NCBI GenBank assembly: GCA_043819795.1
Contig: JBDREN010000083.1
Coordinates: 1-64,000, forward strand
DNA length: 64,000 nucleotides
Direction: 5' to 3'
Source of the DNA: Elusimicrobiota bacterium
Lineage (GTDB): Bacteria > Elusimicrobiota > Elusimicrobia > UBA1565
This document shows, piece by piece, positions 8,676 through 18,071 of this stretch; the first letter of the stretch is position 1; every line of letters begins with the position of its first letter. The notes beneath the pieces are model-generated. The model was not told the origin of the DNA. It made no database searches and was given only the letters and a program-made list of their open reading frames with translations. Made by a program: the position numbers and the translations under genes.

Positions 8676-9922
8676 GGGATCTCCTCCCGTATTCGTTCTT
8701 CGAAGGCCGACAAGGGCCGGACATGGACGGTGCCGGAGCCGTCCCGGCCCATCCATACGTCGTCGCCCCGCAGCGTGAAGCCGGACAGCGGCGCCCCCCC
8801 CTCGTTCAAGAGCGGGAGGCTGTAGACGGCCAGGACGCCCAGCCTGGCGTCGAGCCGGTGCCTGTAGATCATCCGCGTCTCCGAGTCGGCCGACCAGAAA
8901 TACGAGCCGTCCTTGAAGATGGAGGAGGGGGCCCTGCCCGGGGCCGGATAGCTCTCGAGCACCGTCAAGCCGGCGTCGATCCCATGCTGATAGAACCGCC
9001 GCTCCGAGGCGTCGCTGGACCACAAGTAGCGACCGTCGAAATAGACCCCGGCGGGGTTCGGTCCCGGGCTCCGATAGGCGCGCACGAGAGAGAAACGCTC
9101 GTCGAGGCGGCGCTTCTGGATCTCGCGCTTCCAGGAGTCGCATACGTAGAGATGCTCGCCCGAAACGGCGATCCCCGTGATATGCGTCTCCGGCAGGTGA
9201 ACGGAGCGGACGACCTCGAGGCGGTTGCCCCGGCGCTCGTACTCGTAGACGCTCTGCGTGACCCAGTCGGCGCTCCAGAGCCGGTCCCCGCGCCAGACAA
9301 GCGCCGTGGCGTTCTCGTGGGGGATGGCGAAATCCCTGCCCGCCTGCCGTCCGTAGAGCGTCCAGAGGATCCAGGCGCAGAACGCTCCCGCGATGAGCGC
9401 GCCCGCCAGCAGCCACGGCCACCCGGACGCTTCGCGCTTCGCCGGCCCGGCGGACCGGCCGCGCGCCGGCAGAGGCGCGGGACGGGCGTCCAGCGGCGCG
9501 ATGACCCCGCGGACCTTCTCCGCGAGACGGCGTCCGAGGACTCCCATCCCTTCCGGAGCCTTGCCGCCGGTGAGAACGCGGTCCACGGTCTCCCTCAGCT
9601 CCCGGTTGCTGAAAGGCTTGGCCAGATAGTGGCTCGCGCCCAGCTGCATGACTTCCACGGCCGACTCCACGCTGCCGTAGCCGGTCACCATCACGACCGG
9701 CGTCGTCCCATCGACCTCCCGAAGCTTGCGCAGGATCTGCACGCCGTCCATCCCCGGCAGGCGCATGTCCAGCAAGACGAGGTCCGCGCCCTCGCGGGAC
9801 AAAAACTGCAGCGCGGTGGGGCCGTCCCCGGCCTCGTAGACCTGGTGACCCAGCCGGCTAAGGACGTTCGCGAGCGCCATCCGCATGTCCGCTTCGTCGT
9901 CTACCACCAGGATGCGTGCCAT
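8672..9922 (-). CDS. Response regulator receiver fused to a TM helix and an extracytoplasmic beta-propeller-like domain
   Basis: ILVVDDE, LLDMRLPGMDG, MVTG, LAKPF. TM WLLAGALIAGAFCAWILW. Repeated LWSAD/LYVCD/LWSSD/FWSAD blades. Confidence 0.85.
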   Translation of the reverse strand: MARILVVDDEADMRMALANVLSRLGHQVYEAGDGPTALQFLSREGADLVLLDMRLPGMDGVQILRKLREVDGTTPVVMVTGYGSVESAVEVMQLGASHYLAKPFSNRELRETVDRVLTGGKAPEGMGVLGRRLAEKVRGVIAPLDARPAPLPARGRSAGPAKREASGWPWLLAGALIAGAFCAWILWTLYGRQAGRDFAIPHENATALVWRGDRLWSADWVTQSVYEYERRGNRLEVVRSVHLPETHITGIAVSGEHLYVCDSWKREIQKRRLDERFSLVRAYRSPGPNPAGVYFDGRYLWSSDASERRFYQHGIDAGLTVLESYPAPGRAPSSIFKDGSYFWSADSETRMIYRHRLDARLGVLAVYSLPLLNEGGAPLSGFTLRGDDVWMGRDGSGTVHVRPLSAFEERIREEIP

Positions 9923-9923
9923 G

Positions 9924-12900
9924 TCATCCTCTCTTCGCTTCGACCGAAAGCGTCACAGTCGAGGTGCTGCCCGCGTCCTTCTTGCTCCGGAACTCGAAGG
10001 AACCGCCGTGCGCCGCGACGATCCGTTTCGCGATCGCCACGCCCAGCCCCAGGCCGCCGGCCTTCATGGTGTAGAACGGCCGGCCCACATCCTTGACGTG
10101 CTCCGGCGCCACTCCGGCGCCGGTGTCGGAGACCTCGACGCGGACGGTCCCGCGCGCCGCCTGATAGCGGGCCCTGATCGTCAGAGTGCCTCCCTCCGGC
10201 ATCGCCTCGATCGAGTTGAGCAGCAGGTGCAGCAACGCCTCCTTGAGCCGCTCCGAATCGCCGCGAAGCTCCGGGACACCCTCCGCGACATCCGCCACGA
10301 TCCTGATATGCTTCTCGTCGCACTGCCGGGCGACCTCCGCGACGGCCGAGTCGATCCACGCCTCGACCTCGAGCGCCTGCGGCTTCAGGCCCAGGGGGCG
10401 AGTGAAGTCCGTGAGCTGCTCCAGACGCTCCCGCAGGTTCCCGATCGCCCGGAGGATGGCGTCCATGGTCGCGCGCTCCTTGCCGCCGACCCACAATCCG
10501 GAGAGCCGGTCCTCCGCCAGGCTCTGGATGATGCCCAGCGGGTTGCGGATCTGATGGGCGATCCCGAAGACGAGATCGGTGAGCTCGGTCTCGAAGGCCA
10601 CCTGCGGCAGGCGCCCCGTCTCCGCCTCGGGCTTCAGCCCGGAGAGCAGCCGGTCGCGCAGCTGACGGAGCTCCCTCTGCCGCCGCTCGATGTCGACCTC
10701 CGCCCCGGCAAGCTTGTCCTCGCGCCCCTGGGACTGCCTTTCCCTGGCCGTCATCTCCTCATCGAGCTTCCGGCGACGACGCTCGAGCTCGGCCTCCTCA
10801 TTCTTGAGCCGCTCGCGCAGCTTCTTGTCCGTCCCCCGCAAGAGCTCCTCGACTTCCTCGCGGCGCCGCTCGACCTCCGCTTCCTTCTGAGCGGACTCGT
10901 CCATGAGGCGCTTCTCGCCGGACTGCTCGCGCTCCTTGAGCGCCTTATCGCGAGCGTCGAGCTCCGCCTCCCTCTTGTGAAGCTCGGACGACGCGGTTTC
11001 CTGCTGCTTCTGCAGGCGCTCGCCTTGGAGCCGCGCGGTCTGCTCGACCTGGACGGCGCTCTGCTCTTCGAGCTCCTTGCGGCGCTCATCGAACTCAGCC
11101 TCGAGCCTGGTGCGCTCCACCACGAGCCTCTTGCGGTTGGCGGCCAAGAGGGCCGACTCCTTCTCGGCCAGGACGGTCCGCATCTCGCGCTCGAGCTCCT
11201 CGCGACGCCGCGCCTGGTCCTCATCCGCCGCCCTCTGCGACTCGCGCAGCAGACGGCGCTCGTGCTCGAGCTGCGCGTCAAGGTCCCGCTCGTGCGCCAA
11301 ACGGCGCTCCTCCCCCTGCTTCTCCAGGAGGTCCTCGCGCTTGCGCAGCTGATCCTCCAGGCTCTCCGCGTGCAGGCGGAACTCCTCCTCCTTCTCCTTG
11401 AGCTGCGCGCGGAGATCGTCCTCTTTGGTCTGCAGATCCCGGTCGTAACGCGCGCGCTCCTCGCGCCGGATGCCGCGACGCGCCTCCTCGACCTTGTGCA
11501 GGAACTCCTTCTGAAGCGCGGCGCGCTCGGCGTCGAGGCCCTCCTCGCGCCTGGCCATCTCATCGCGCAGAGCGACGTGCATCTCCTCGGACGACTTGCG
11601 CAGCTCCGCGCGGTTGCGCTCCTGAGCCTCGCTGACCTCATTGAGCAGCGCCTCCTCCCGCTTCTTCCACGCGCGCTGAAGCTCCTCTTCCCTGCCCAGA
11701 TGCTCCCGCTGCAGGGCCGTCTCGCGCTCGCGGAAGTCGCGCTCGAGCTCGGCGCGGCGGGCGTCGAGCCCCGCACGGGCGCGCTCGAGCGCCTCGCGCT
11801 CCGCCGCGACGGACTGCCGCAGGTCGCTGCGCTCCCGCTCCAGCTCGGCCTCGCGTTCCTCGACCGACTCGCGCATGGCCGTCTCCTTGCGCGCGTAGGC
11901 TTCCCGCAGCTCCGTCTCCCGGGCCTTCAGCTTCCGGCGACTCTCCTCGACCTCGACCTCGAGCTCGGCCTTGGCCTTCGCCCAATCCTCCCGCAACGCC
12001 TCCCGCTGCGCATCGAGATGACCCGAGACCTCCGCCTCGGCCTCCTCGCGCGCGCGCCGCAGCTCGGCCTCCTTCTCGCTGACCGCCTTCTCCAGAGCCC
12101 GCTCCCTCTCGCGGTACTCCCGGGCCACTCCGCTCTTAAACGACTCCAGCTCCCGGGACCGCCGCACCTCCTCGGCCGCGAGCTCGGCGCGCTCCCGCTC
12201 GAGCTCCCCGTGACGCGCCTGGTAGGCGGCCTGCAACTCCTCCTGCCGGTTGCGATACTCGGCCTCCAGGCCGGCCCGGGCCTTTTCGACGTCCCGACTT
12301 CGCTCCGCCAGCGCGGCGCTCTTGCTCTCGATCTCCCGGACCTGCTCCTGCCGCTCCCGCTCGAAGCGCGCGGCCAGCTCGGTTCTCTGGTCGGCCAGCT
12401 CCTTGCGAAGCTCGGCCTCGCGATGAACGAAGGACTCCTCAAGAGCCTGCTCGCGCTTCCGGAGCGAATCCTCCACACGCTTTTGGGCCGCCCCCAGCCC
12501 CTCGGTCTGGCGTTCGAGCTCGGCCTGACGCGCGCGAACGCCCTGCTCCTGCTTCTGCTGCTCCATGGCCAGAGCATCGCGAAGCTCGGCCTCGCTCTGC
12601 GCGAACGACTCCTCAAGAGCCTGCTCGCGTTTCCGGAGCGAGTCCTCCACGCGCTTGCGGGCCGACTCCAACTCCTCGGTCTTACGTTCGAGCTCGGCCT
12701 GACGCGCGCGAACGGCCTGCTCCAGCGTCTGCTGCTCCGCGGCCAGCGTCTCGCGGTCGCGCTCGAAGCCGGCGCGCAGCTCCCGTTCGCGCAACGCCGA
12801 GGCGGAACGCACCCCCTCCTCCCGCGCCCGGAAGGCGTTCTCGAGCTGCGTCTCGCGCTCACGCAGGCTTTTCTCAACCTGTAATTTGGACGCGTCGAGT

Positions 12901-15900
12901 TCCCGCATCCGCCGCGCCAGCTCCGCCTCGAGGCGCTCGCGCTCAGCGGCGAGCTCCTCCTCTTTCTGCCGGACCGCCGATTCCACCTCGGCCGCGCGGT
13001 CGCCGTGCTCGCTCTCCAGCAGCGACCGCCGGTGCGCGAGCTCTTCTTGGAAAGCCTTGCGCTCCCGCTGCGTCCGGGCGGAAAGCTCCGCGTCCCGCTT
13101 GGCGAACCCCGCGCGCAGCTGTTCCTCCCGCGCCGAGTAGGCGCGCTGCAGATCGGCCTCACCCTCCCGCGCGCGCTCCTCGAGCGCGAGGCGAGCCTCC
13201 TCGAGCGCCTTTTCCTTGCGCGCGAGCTCGTCCTGTCGCTGCTCGGCGGCCTGATCGAGCTGCTTTTCCTTATATATGAGCTCGGCCTGGCGCTCGGCAA
13301 GGACGCGCTCGTGCTCCTCGTACGTCTCCTGAAGCCGCCGGCGCTCCTCGACGAGCGCGGCGCGCAGCTCGCTCTCTCGAGCCGCCAACGCCGAGCGCGA
13401 CTCCTCCTTCCGCTTCTCGAACTCGCGCTCGAGCCGCGCCTCGCGTTCCTGCAGCCTCTTTTCCTCGTCCATCCGGGACGTCTCCAGCTCGCGCTTCTTG
13501 CGCCCCGTCTCGTCCTCGATGCGGGTGCGCTCGCGCTCGATGGCCTCCTCCCTCCCGCGCAACACCAGGTCCATCTCACGCTGACGGTCCTCGAACGCCC
13601 GGTGCATCTCGGCGCGCTCGCTCTCCGACTCCACCTTGCGCCGCTCAAGACGCTCCATGGCCTGGGCGCGCTCGTTGTTCGCGGCGTCCTCGCGCTTCCG
13701 GAAGTCCGACTCGAGCTCCGATAGACGCTGCTGGTGGGCCTTCTCCAGATCAGCCTCCTGGGACCGGATCGCCTTCTCCAGCTCGAAACGCAGGCGGTCC
13801 AGCTCACCCTCCCTTCGGTCGTACTCGGCCTCAAGCGCGGCGCGCTGCTTCTCAAGAGCCGCCTCGAGCTTCCGTCGAGACTCGTCCTCCCAGCGGGCCT
13901 CGCGCTCGTTGAGACGCTCCGTGAAGGACCTGAGCTCGGCCGCCAGGCGGTCCTCGGCCTCGCGCTTCGAAAGATCCTGCTTATGCTCCCATTCGGCCTT
14001 CAACTCGGCCTCGAGCTGGAGGAAGTTCTTCTGAAGCGCATCTTCGCGCTCCCGGTAGAGAGCGTCGAGAGCGGCCCGCTCGCGGGACTGATTGTCCTGC
14101 ATCTCGGAGACCATCGCCTGCTCGCGCCGACGCAGATCCTCGCCAAGAGACTCGTCCTTGGACTTGTACTCAGCCTCGAGGGCCTGCCTCCGCGAGTCAA
14201 GGTCCTTGACGCGCGACTCCAGCTCGGCGGCCTGCGCCGCCATCGCCTTGCGATGCTCCTCCTGGAAGTGCTGGTACTCCTTCGCGATCTCCCTGCGCTG
14301 ATGGTCCAGCCAGGCGTCGTTGCGCTTCTTCATCTCCGCGCGGGACTCCGCGAGGCGGCGCTTGTACTCGCGCTCGAGATTGTCCTGCTGGTTCTTCAGC
14401 TCGGCTTCCCGCTGGGCGATCGCCTCGCGCATCTCGCCTGCGATGCGCTCGGTCTCGTAGCGTATGCGAGCGCGATAGCTCTCGCGCTCCTCGTCGACCT
14501 TCTGCAGCAGCTCGCTCTCACGCTGGCTCCACCGCTTCTCGAGCTCAGCCTCGCGCTCGAGATAGGACTTATCCAGCCTCGTCTCCTTCTCCCGCATCTC
14601 CTTTTGGAGCTGCGCCTGCAGCTTCTCCAGCTCCAGCTGCTTGCGCTCGTATTCCTCCTCCAGGACCGCACGTTGCGACTCGAGCTGCGCCGCCCTCTTG
14701 ACCTCGAACTCGGCCTCCGACTGGCGGACCTTGCGCTGGATCCCGTCCTCCTGCTCCTTGAGCGAGCGTTTGAGCTTCTCGGCGGACTCCTCCTCCAGGA
14801 GTTGGGCCTTGTGCGCCCGGTCATCCTTCAGCTGCTTCTCGAGGCTCACATAGTTCGAATGCAGGGTCTCCTCGCGGCTCCGGTAAAGCTCGTCGAGGGA
14901 CTGACGCTCCCGCGTCAGGACGACCTGCTGCTCCTCGATGAAGCGTCTCTCCCTGAGACGCCACTCGTCGGCGAGCTCCTCCTCCCGCTTCCGGTGGTAA
15001 GCCTGGAGGGCGTCGCGCCGCTTGGCCAGCTCACCCTCCCGCTCGTTCGACTCGGCGTTGAGCGCCTCGAGGTGGGCGCGGGCGTGCTCCTTCTGCTGCT
15101 CCCGTTCGCGGATGGTCATGCGGCGCTGGCGCTCCAGCCACTGCTCCTTCTCCTTCTCGGACTCGGCCAGGGCGTCTCTCTTCCAAGCTTCGAACCGCAC
15201 CGCCAGCTGCGAGTCCGCCTCCGCGAGGGCCGCGGCGTGCTGCTCCCGCTCCTTCTGACGCTCGGCCTCGAGCGCCTGCACGGTCTCCGCGAAGCGCTGC
15301 GCCTGCGCCTGGAGGGCTTCCTGCCGCCGCGAGAGGTATTCCCTCTCCTTGCCCGTCCATAGCTCCTGAAGGCCGCGCTCCATCTCGATGTACTTCTCCT
15401 CGCGCTGGGCTTCTCGGCGCTTCTGGGCCTCCTGAATGGAGACGCGCTCCGCCTCGTGCCGGCGCTCGCGCGACTGCAGGTCCTCCCAGAGCGCCCGCTT
15501 CTCCGCATCCAACTTCTCGAACTCTTCGCGGACGCGGCTCAGCTCCAGATCCTTCTCCGAAAGCTGCTTCTCGCGCTCCAGGAGCTCGCTCTGATGCCCT
15601 TCCTTCAGGTTCTTGACCCGAAGCTTCCACTCGGCCTCGCGCCGCTCGTACTCGGCGTCCAGGTGCCTGGCCTGCTGGAGCAGATGCCGGCCCTGCGCCT
15701 CCTTGAGCGCCCGGACCTCCGCGGCGTGAGCGTCCTTGGCTTCGGCCTCCCGGCGATCGTAGCGGTCCTCGAGGTCCCGCTCCAGGCGCGCGTAATCCTG
15801 CTTCATCTTCTCGGACCGGCCGAAGAGATCGGCCTCATCGCGCTGGCGCCGCTGGTCGTGCTCCTCCTTCGTCTTCTCCATCTCCATGCGGGCCGCGCGG

Positions 15901-17522
15901 CGCACCTGCTCCAGCGCGATCTCGTAGCGGCGCACCAGCTCGGCCTCCCGCAGGTGCCACTGCTTATCGAGGTTCTTCTCCTTCTGGATGTACTCCGAGA
16001 TCACGGTCTGCTTCCACGTCCGGAACTGCTCCTCGATCGTCTGCTGGGTCCTCTCCAGCTCGGCGACCCGGGCCTGGTAGGCCTCCTCGAGCGTCCGGTC
16101 GCGCTGCTCGAACTGCGACTTCAGGGAAGCCCGCTCGGCCTCGACGGCCTTCTCATGCTCCTCGAGGAGCTCCATCTTGCGGCGCGTCCACTCCTCGCGC
16201 AGCGCGTTCTCCTTCGCCAAGTACTGCTCCTGCATCTCCACGTGCTTGTGCTGGGAGGCCTCCTCGAGCGCCTTCTCGCGCTCTTGCACGCGGTTCTCGG
16301 CCTCCGCCCAGCGGGCGTTGAACTCGGCTTCGAGGGCGGTGCGTTGGCGGTCCCCGTCGCGCTGGACCTCGGCCTCCCGCCGCTCGAGGTCCCGGGACCG
16401 CGCCTGATACTCCTCCTCGAGGGCCTTGGCGCGCTGTCGCGCCCGCTCGGCGGCTTCCGCCTTTTCCTTCTCGAGCTCGTCCTCGACGCGCTTGAGCAGC
16501 TGCGCCTCCTTACGGATGTGGCTCTGCTGCTGCTGGGTCTCCATCTCGGCGTAACGCGTCTCCACGCTCTTCACACGCTTCTGGAAGTCCTCCTCCAGCT
16601 CCCGACGCCGGCGCTCGAGAAGCCCTTCGATCTCGCGCGAGCGGTCGGCCAGCGCGCGGGCACGCTCCTCGAACTGCTCCTGCACGGCCGTATCCAGCTT
16701 CTCACGCGCATCCTTCGCGCGCTGCCACAAGCCGTTCTCGAGCTCCGCCCAGGCGGCCTGCAGCTCGGCCTCGCGCTTGCCGTACTTCTCCTGCAGGGCG
16801 AGCTCCTTGGACCGGAACTCCCCGAAGAGCTTCTCCTCGCGCTCCTGGAGCTTGAGCTCGCCCTCCTTCGCGGCGGCGGCCAGCACCCGCTGGAACTCCT
16901 CGTTCTTGCGCCTAAGATCGAGTATCTCGCGCTCCTTGAGCTCGAGCTCCGCCTCGCGGTTCTTCAGCGTGTTGAGGATCTCCTCGTCGCGTTTCTGGCG
17001 CAGCCGCTGCACCATATCCTGGTCGCGGTGGAAACGGTTGACGAGCTCGGCCTTCTCGCGCTGGGAGGCCATCAGCTCGGCGTCGCGCTGCTCGAGAATG
17101 CGCCTGAGCTCCCGCCACTGCTCCTCCTTGGAGCGGTGCGTGCCCTTCCACTGCTGGACCTCTGCCGTCAGGCGGGACAGCTCCTCGTCCATGTGCCCGC
17201 GGTCGCGCTCCACGCGCGTCCGTTCCTCTTCGCGGACCTCGAGACGCACACGGTCGCGCCAGCGCTGCTCCTGATCCCGATGATTCTTGCGCTCCTCCTC
17301 CCAGCCTTTGGACTCGTCCTTCCATGCGGCGACCTGTCTCGTCAACTCCTCCTTCTCCTGCTGGAGCATCTGCTGTCCGTTCTGGGCTTCCTGGAGGTTC
17401 CCCTTGAGGCGCACATTCATATCCTGGAGGTCACGGATCGTGGCCACGGCCCCCCGGATCGCAAGTCGCGCAGCTTCCAGATCGGTTATCTCTCGATATG
17501 CCTCTTCATCCCATGGGTTCAT
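9924..17522 (-). CDS. Giant (2,532 aa) coiled-coil protein with C-terminal HisKA and HATPase_c domains
   Basis: About 2,300 aa of E/R/K/Q/L/A-rich heptad-like sequence. Then AHQIRNPL, LLLNSIEAM, DTGAGV, PFYTMK, GLGLG. GGGAGG SD before ATG 17522. Confidence 0.9.
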   Translation of the reverse strand: MNPWDEEAYREITDLEAARLAIRGAVATIRDLQDMNVRLKGNLQEAQNGQQMLQQEKEELTRQVAAWKDESKGWEEERKNHRDQEQRWRDRVRLEVREEERTRVERDRGHMDEELSRLTAEVQQWKGTHRSKEEQWRELRRILEQRDAELMASQREKAELVNRFHRDQDMVQRLRQKRDEEILNTLKNREAELELKEREILDLRRKNEEFQRVLAAAAKEGELKLQEREEKLFGEFRSKELALQEKYGKREAELQAAWAELENGLWQRAKDAREKLDTAVQEQFEERARALADRSREIEGLLERRRRELEEDFQKRVKSVETRYAEMETQQQQSHIRKEAQLLKRVEDELEKEKAEAAERARQRAKALEEEYQARSRDLERREAEVQRDGDRQRTALEAEFNARWAEAENRVQEREKALEEASQHKHVEMQEQYLAKENALREEWTRRKMELLEEHEKAVEAERASLKSQFEQRDRTLEEAYQARVAELERTQQTIEEQFRTWKQTVISEYIQKEKNLDKQWHLREAELVRRYEIALEQVRRAARMEMEKTKEEHDQRRQRDEADLFGRSEKMKQDYARLERDLEDRYDRREAEAKDAHAAEVRALKEAQGRHLLQQARHLDAEYERREAEWKLRVKNLKEGHQSELLEREKQLSEKDLELSRVREEFEKLDAEKRALWEDLQSRERRHEAERVSIQEAQKRREAQREEKYIEMERGLQELWTGKEREYLSRRQEALQAQAQRFAETVQALEAERQKEREQHAAALAEADSQLAVRFEAWKRDALAESEKEKEQWLERQRRMTIREREQQKEHARAHLEALNAESNEREGELAKRRDALQAYHRKREEELADEWRLRERRFIEEQQVVLTRERQSLDELYRSREETLHSNYVSLEKQLKDDRAHKAQLLEEESAEKLKRSLKEQEDGIQRKVRQSEAEFEVKRAAQLESQRAVLEEEYERKQLELEKLQAQLQKEMREKETRLDKSYLEREAELEKRWSQRESELLQKVDEERESYRARIRYETERIAGEMREAIAQREAELKNQQDNLEREYKRRLAESRAEMKKRNDAWLDHQRREIAKEYQHFQEEHRKAMAAQAAELESRVKDLDSRRQALEAEYKSKDESLGEDLRRREQAMVSEMQDNQSRERAALDALYREREDALQKNFLQLEAELKAEWEHKQDLSKREAEDRLAAELRSFTERLNEREARWEDESRRKLEAALEKQRAALEAEYDRREGELDRLRFELEKAIRSQEADLEKAHQQRLSELESDFRKREDAANNERAQAMERLERRKVESESERAEMHRAFEDRQREMDLVLRGREEAIERERTRIEDETGRKKRELETSRMDEEKRLQEREARLEREFEKRKEESRSALAARESELRAALVEERRRLQETYEEHERVLAERQAELIYKEKQLDQAAEQRQDELARKEKALEEARLALEERAREGEADLQRAYSAREEQLRAGFAKRDAELSARTQRERKAFQEELAHRRSLLESEHGDRAAEVESAVRQKEEELAAERERLEAELARRMRELDASKLQVEKSLRERETQLENAFRAREEGVRSASALRERELRAGFERDRETLAAEQQTLEQAVRARQAELERKTEELESARKRVEDSLRKREQALEESFAQSEAELRDALAMEQQKQEQGVRARQAELERQTEGLGAAQKRVEDSLRKREQALEESFVHREAELRKELADQRTELAARFERERQEQVREIESKSAALAERSRDVEKARAGLEAEYRNRQEELQAAYQARHGELERERAELAAEEVRRSRELESFKSGVAREYRERERALEKAVSEKEAELRRAREEAEAEVSGHLDAQREALREDWAKAKAELEVEVEESRRKLKARETELREAYARKETAMRESVEEREAELERERSDLRQSVAAEREALERARAGLDARRAELERDFRERETALQREHLGREEELQRAWKKREEALLNEVSEAQERNRAELRKSSEEMHVALRDEMARREEGLDAERAALQKEFLHKVEEARRGIRREERARYDRDLQTKEDDLRAQLKEKEEEFRLHAESLEDQLRKREDLLEKQGEERRLAHERDLDAQLEHERRLLRESQRAADEDQARRREELEREMRTVLAEKESALLAANRKRLVVERTRLEAEFDERRKELEEQSAVQVEQTARLQGERLQKQQETASSELHKREAELDARDKALKEREQSGEKRLMDESAQKEAEVERRREEVEELLRGTDKKLRERLKNEEAELERRRRKLDEEMTARERQSQGREDKLAGAEVDIERRQRELRQLRDRLLSGLKPEAETGRLPQVAFETELTDLVFGIAHQIRNPLGIIQSLAEDRLSGLWVGGKERATMDAILRAIGNLRERLEQLTDFTRPLGLKPQALEVEAWIDSAVAEVARQCDEKHIRIVADVAEGVPELRGDSERLKEALLHLLLNSIEAMPEGGTLTIRARYQAARGTVRVEVSDTGAGVAPEHVKDVGRPFYTMKAGGLGLGVAIAKRIVAAHGGSFEFRSKKDAGSTSTVTLSVEAKRG
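12405..12720 (-). repeat. Internal tandem duplication with 174-bp (58-aa) period in the giant kinase
   Basis: CGTTCGAGCTCGGCCTGACGCGCGCGAACG occurs at 12511 and 12685. VRARQAELER...KRVEDSLRKREQALEESF occurs twice. Confidence 0.9.
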
Positions 17523-17628
17523 GGTCGCCTCCCATGGAGATGGACGCGGCCATCCCCTGCGCGATGCTCGGTCATGGTCGCCTCCCACGGCAGTCGACGC
17601 GACCATTTCCTGCGCTATGCTCGGTCAT
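17519..17628 (-). repeat. Two tandem 53-bp mini-ORF/SD cassettes upstream of the giant kinase
   Basis: ATGs at 17628, 17575 and 17522. The units encode MTEHSAGNGRVDCRGRRP* and MTEHRAGDGRVHLHGRRP*, each ending in an ATGA overlap. Confidence 0.85.
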
Positions 17629-17844
17629 AACACTGCCTCCAGGTAGATACGTCCGCCCCCCACGATGGGGCGATGCCCTATAGCACGAACTCTCTCTTCA
17701 ACGTTAGTGTATAGCCGCAACCGGAAAAATCAAGCACTCTCAGCCATTACTTGGCCGAGCCTCGGCGGGTTCCCAGATCCGACTCCTAGCCTAGGGAAAG
17801 GATAACGGGGGGTAATTACAGATTCTTTAACGAAAATCGGGGCC

Positions 17845-18071
17845 TAACAGTCCGTGGCAAAAGTCTTCCGGGGCCTGCGATCGCCTGGATGCGGCCTGCG
17901 CCCGCGTTGCTCCTCGGTCACACCGGGCCCCGGCAGGGGCCCAGTGCCGCACGACCTCAGGAAATGCTTCGGAGCGCTGTCATCCCGTAGAGGGATGCTA
18001 CCTCGTCGCGCCTTGGCTCGGCTCGCCCCGGACGATTTCGCCATCCGAAATACTTTTGCCACGGACTGTTA
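17845..18071. mobile_element. MITE-like element, family A (complete, with a 60-bp internal insertion)
   Basis: Perfect 20-bp inverted repeat TAACAGTCCGTGGCAAAAGT, including the terminal TA. Homologous to 1-138. Its end overlaps the stop codon of the PAS kinase. Confidence 0.85.

Noticed and set aside
17523..17606. ORF-track start of the giant kinase at 17606
   Set aside because: That ATG is inside the repeat cassette and has a weaker SD (AGGA, very close). ATG 17522 has GGGAGG at normal spacing.
17519..17628. Possible CRISPR array (also considered for the 43-bp repeat and the GTCGCCCC...GGGG palindromes)
   Set aside because: Units are contiguous or widely dispersed with no unique spacers, no ATTGAAAC-type end, and no cas genes in the window.
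9885..17630. Long plus-strand Leu-rich ORFs (999, 542 and 724 aa)
   Set aside because: Antisense shadows of the Glu/Gln/Lys-rich giant kinase in GC-rich DNA, with no motifs.
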